NCBI GenBank assembly: GCA_964234715.1
Contig: OZ174291.1
Length of the DNA: 64,000 nucleotides
DNA from: Podarcis melisellensis
Taxonomy: Eukaryota
Direction: 5' to 3' (one strand)
Part shown: in pieces, positions 60,383 through 64,000 of the stretch
How the letters are laid out: each line of letters starts with the position of its first letter
How positions within the stretch are numbered: the stretch's first letter is position 1
The notes under the pieces: generated by a model
Seen by the model: only the letters and a program-made list of their open reading frames with translations
What the model was told of the DNA's origin: nothing
Databases searched by the model: none
Position numbers and translations under genes: made by a program

Positions 60383-62040
60383 CGAGGAGCATTGATTAAA
60401 GATTCCCCCTGACATACTTCCCCATGCACTGAGACAAACGAAACTGGGCACAGTTATTAGTCCATCTCTACATAGCTACCGGCAAGAGTCACACACTTCT
60501 CCCATCGCTTTATGCAGCTGTGGAGACCTCATCTGTAGAAGTCGGCAGGTTGCCTCAGAAGCCACAACTTGACATCAGAAATCAGCATTTCATTGTATGG
60601 AAAAAGCTTGCCCTTCAAAAATAACTTCATGGTTGGAAAGAGGTGGAAGTCCAATGATGTGAGGTCAGGAGAATAAGGAGGATGAGGAAGGATTTCATAG
60701 TCACAGGACCATGCTTCCATCGGTGCAACGTGCAAGTTGTGAATCAAGGCATTATCTTTCTTTTTTTAAAAGATTTTTATTGAAGTTTCAAAGATTTATA
60801 TAAAAACAAAACAAAAGTACAAACAAACAAAAATAACAAAAAACAAGTATAATTTCAATCCCTTATTTTCTTATAACTTACTTCCCCGACTTCCTCATAC
60901 CTCCCCTTTCTGTATTCCAATTTCTAATTTATTAATTCAGCAAATCCTTTCCCTTGTTTTTCATTTAGTTTTTAACCTTTCTTTTCATTTTACTTATCCA
61001 TTACAGCTGGAAACCACGTAATTTCTAAACCAACGTCATTCTAACATTCATTAATTTTGCAATGTTTCTTAAGATAGTCCTTAAATTTCTTCCAATCTTC
61101 TTCCGCTGTCTCTCTCCCCTGTGAATCAAGGCATTATCCTGCAGGAGCATTATCCTTTGGTCAGCATACCACGCCTCTCGATTTTGATGGTCTTCTGAAA
61201 TTTCAACAGCAGTGAAGCGTAGTATGGCCCAGTAATTGTGGTACCCTTTGCCAGGAAATCCATCACCACTACTCCATGCTGGTCCCAAAAGACCGTGAGC
61301 ATGACCTTGCCCACTGACGGTTGGACACATGCCTTCTTTGGAGGTGCTGAGGCAGAGTGCTTCCATTGTTTGGACTGGGATTTATAATGATGGACCCATG
61401 TTTCGTCCTGAGTAATTAGTCTGGCGAAGAAGTCATCATGGTTTTGTGACACATGGCCAAAGGAGCCTGTGAGCATGTGACTCGTTCCTGCTTCTGGAAA
61501 GGCATCAGCAGCTGGGGAACCCACCGTGCAGACACCTTTCCCAAATGGTCATGGGTGATTTTTTCTACAGAGCCCATACTGATCTTGACATCTGCAGCTA
61601 GTTGGCGAATGCTTACATAGCGATCCTCCAAAATGGCGGCCTCCACTTGCCAGATGGTGTCATTCATCAATGACCAACTGTGGTTGCCCAGGAATGGCAG
61701 CCGTTCCACTGAAGTCTGACCACACTTGAACTGACGATGCCAGTGCTTGACGTCATACGATGGGGCATCTTCCCCATAAGTCCCTTTCATCTCACTGAAC
61801 GTCTCCCGTGGTGTGTGCCCTTTCAAGTACAGGAACCTGATGACCACTCTGCTTCAACTGGTTCCATTATCAGACATTACTCCACATTAGCACCAGTAAC
61901 AGATAAACTGTTAGGAGTTCAGAGCTACAAATTACCACATTACCTATGGAGAGTTGTATCATTGCTGTGATGGGACGATGAGCTGCTTGTGCGTAAAATG
62001 CAAGTCCCTCAGAGTTTGATCAGGTTTTCAAACCTCTGCC
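60383..62040 (-). mobile_element. decayed mariner (D,D34D) DNA transposon, frameshifted transposase pseudogene
   Basis: HTH N-terminus (VIRFLYLKG...), WVPQLL, TQDETW, QDNA, HPPYSPDLTSLD; 34 residues between 2nd and 3rd Asp once the L1 insert is removed; TA|CGAGG terminus at 60383. Confidence 0.9.
60757..61119 (-). mobile_element. 5'-truncated L1/Tx1-like LINE 3' end inserted in the mariner
   Basis: 19-bp TSD tgtgaatcaaggcattatc (60738-60756 and 61120-61138); encodes ETAEEDWKKFKDYL like the 45451 copy; A-rich tail. Confidence 0.88.
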
Positions 62041-62373
62041 TGTGACGGAGCCCCTCCAGCATGGCTGCGTCAATCACTAGTAGAATCCGAAAGTGGCTGC
62101 TTTCGGAATCTTTTCCAACATAAAAGCTCTTTAACGGAAACACGTCGTCTGGCCTCTCGGCGTGACAGTTTCCGGCGAGGTGTGGGTGTCCCTATAGGAG
62201 GTCCTGAGACCTCCCCACTGTTTTCGCTGGAAGCGTCTCTGAGCCATCCCTCCGACTCACTTTCCCTTGGAGTTCTTGCTCGCCCTCTACTGGTTCCCTC
62301 TTCCGCTGCTACTCCTCTCTCAACCTCAGTGAGCCTTTGCGCCCCCGGCGCTTTAGATGGCAGTTCCCTGACA
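62041..62373 (-). repeat. putative 3' LTR (~333 bp)
   Basis: starts TGTCAGGGAAC right after purine tract GGAGGGGAGGTGGA, ends GCTCCGTCACA (imperfect terminal inverted repeat, TG...CA); 5' LTR not in window. Confidence 0.75.
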
Positions 62374-63998
62374 TCCACCTCCCCTCCAGGGCCCCCTTCA
62401 CCCCCTCCCGTCTCCTCCCCTACTGGCGGTGAGGAGGTAAAACCCCTGAAAGAACCTCCCTCATCTTCCGACGTCGCGAACACTTCCCTCCACTTGTTGC
62501 TGTTCCTACTCTCTCGGTAATCTTCGTCATCGGAGTCCACTCCCTCTTCCAACTCCGACTCCGCGAACCCTTCCATTTCCTCTTCCTCATCGGTGGTGCC
62601 GAAATACTCCCTCCTAAACCTTGCTATCGGCTGAGGTTTCCTCGGGAACCTTTGGTGGAACGTTTCTGTTAAAACCTCGTCATTGACTTCCTCTGCACTT
62701 ACCCAGGTGTTTTCTGACTCCGGTTCCCCTTCCCACGCCACCAAATACTCCACCTGATTTCCCTTCCACCTGGAATCGAGGATTTCCGCTACATGGTTGC
62801 GGCGTTCCCTCTCTTCCAAGGCTGGTCCCCTGACGTACTCCCCTTCACGTCCCCCCCTGTATGGTGACAGTAACGACCTGTGGAACACTGGGTGCAATTT
62901 CATGTGGTTGGGTAATCGGAGTTTGAAAGCTACCGGGTTGACCTGCTGAATGACCTCAAAGGGTCCCAATCTTCTGGGCCTCAATTTCTTACAACCCCCT
63001 TTGAACGGCAACCCTTGGGTTGACAACCACACTTGATCCCCCACCCTTATGGTTTCACCTTCCCTTCTGTTCTTGTCTGCCTGCTTCTTATATTGTGCCT
63101 TAGCCCTTTCTAAGTTGAGCTGGAGCTGATGATGGATCGCTTCCATCTCTTCTACAAAATGTTCAGCCGCTGGGACGCTCCATCTCTCCCCTCCTTCCCC
63201 TGGAAATGCCCTGGGGTGACACCCGTAATTAGCCAAAAAGGGACTCATCCCTGTGGACACATTCTCCGCATTATTGTAGGCAAATTCTGCCAACGCCAAC
63301 TTTTCGACCCAATCGTTCTCTCTGTCAATGACATAACACCTCAGATATTGTTGAAGAATGCCATTTGCTCTTTCCGCCTGCCCGTTGGTTTCAGGGTGCC
63401 GGGCAGTTGAAAAATTGACTTCCACGTGCAGCAAGCTCATGAGCTTCCTCCAGAACCTGGAAGTAAATTGTTTGCCGCGATCTGAGATCACCCTCAAGGG
63501 AGCCCCGTGCAACCTAAAGATGTGTTCTACAAACAACTTCGCTGTTTCTTCCGCTGTGACTGCATGTGAGCATGCTACAAAGTGGCACATCTTAGTTAAC
63601 AGGTCTACTACTACCATGATGGCTGTTTTCCCCTTGGACTTTGGCAGATCCGTCATAAAATCTATTGATATCGCTTCCCAAGGCCGTTCTGGTGTGGGTA
63701 ATGGTTCTAATAACCCTGCCGGCGCCCTTCTTTCCCCTTTGGCTCGCTGACATTGGTCACACCCTCTTACATACTCCCTTACATCTTCCCTCACCTTAGG
63801 CCACCAAAATTCCCTGGTAACCAACCACATGGTCTTGTGTTGTCCAAAATGTCCCGCCGTGGGGCTATCATGCAACTGCTTGAGTACTCTCCCCCTCAAT
63901 TCACCTTCGGGTATATACAGTGCCCCTTTGTAATACAATGCCCCATTTCTTTCCTCAAAACCTCCGGGACTCTCGCCCTCCCCCCTGAGACCTCTGAG
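62070..63998 (-). CDS. Gypsy pol C-terminus: integrase (HHCC, DDE, GPF module) + chromodomain + acidic/basic tail; open to window edge
   Basis: HDSPTAGH...CDQC zinc finger, ISIDF / ISDRG / ETNGQAER catalytic motifs, RLGPFEV, YLVAWEG...NTW; no stops from 63998 to 62070. Confidence 0.93.
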   Translation of the reverse strand, partial: LRGLRGEGESPGGFEERNGALYYKGALYIPEGELRGRVLKQLHDSPTAGHFGQHKTMWLVTREFWWPKVREDVREYVRGCDQCQRAKGERRAPAGLLEPLPTPERPWEAISIDFMTDLPKSKGKTAIMVVVDLLTKMCHFVACSHAVTAEETAKLFVEHIFRLHGAPLRVISDRGKQFTSRFWRKLMSLLHVEVNFSTARHPETNGQAERANGILQQYLRCYVIDRENDWVEKLALAEFAYNNAENVSTGMSPFLANYGCHPRAFPGEGGERWSVPAAEHFVEEMEAIHHQLQLNLERAKAQYKKQADKNRREGETIRVGDQVWLSTQGLPFKGGCKKLRPRRLGPFEVIQQVNPVAFKLRLPNHMKLHPVFHRSLLSPYRGGREGEYVRGPALEERERRNHVAEILDSRWKGNQVEYLVAWEGEPESENTWVSAEEVNDEVLTETFHQRFPRKPQPIARFRREYFGTTDEEEEMEGFAESELEEGVDSDDEDYRESRNSNKWREVFATSEDEGGSFRGFTSSPPVGEETGGGEGGPGGEVDVRELPSKAPGAQRLTEVERGVAAEEGTSRGRARTPRESESEGWLRDASSENSGEVSGPPIGTPTPRRKLSRREARRRVSVKELLCWKRFRKQPLSDSTSD

Positions 63999-64000
63999 CT

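Larger units (their letters stand above)
62041..64000 (-). mobile_element. Ty3/Gypsy chromovirus (sushi-like) LTR retrotransposon, 3' portion
   Basis: integrase ORF, polypurine tract just upstream of TGTCAGGG at 62373, end ...CCGTCACA at 62041. Confidence 0.92.

Overview
Eukaryotic, intron-rich vertebrate DNA. The repeat landscape (Sauria SINE, BovB/RTE, L2, CR1, Penelope-type ends, pogo- and hAT-type MITEs) points to a squamate, probably a lizard. The minus strand carries the 5' two-thirds of a beta-III spectrin gene (SPTBN2). Twenty-four GT-AG coding exons from 44360 down to 723 join in frame to 5202 nt (1734 codons): an N-terminal CH1/CH2 actin-binding domain plus spectrin repeats. The gene runs off the left edge. 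Coding intron 1 hides a second, mutually exclusive first coding exon (36200-36068, ...LEGRFKQLQ) resembling the alternative N-terminus of beta-II spectrin. Upstream lies a nested transposon stack: a decayed D,D34D mariner, interrupted by an L1-like 3' fragment and by an apparently intact chromodomain Gypsy element whose pol ORF reads through its PPT and most of its 3' LTR. Other points of interest are a perfect 118-bp palindrome centred on a Penelope-type hammerhead helix, a 200-bp inter-intron duplication, and inverted hAT MITEs bracketing an in-frame exon block. TE family names come from recognition of motifs, not database searches.
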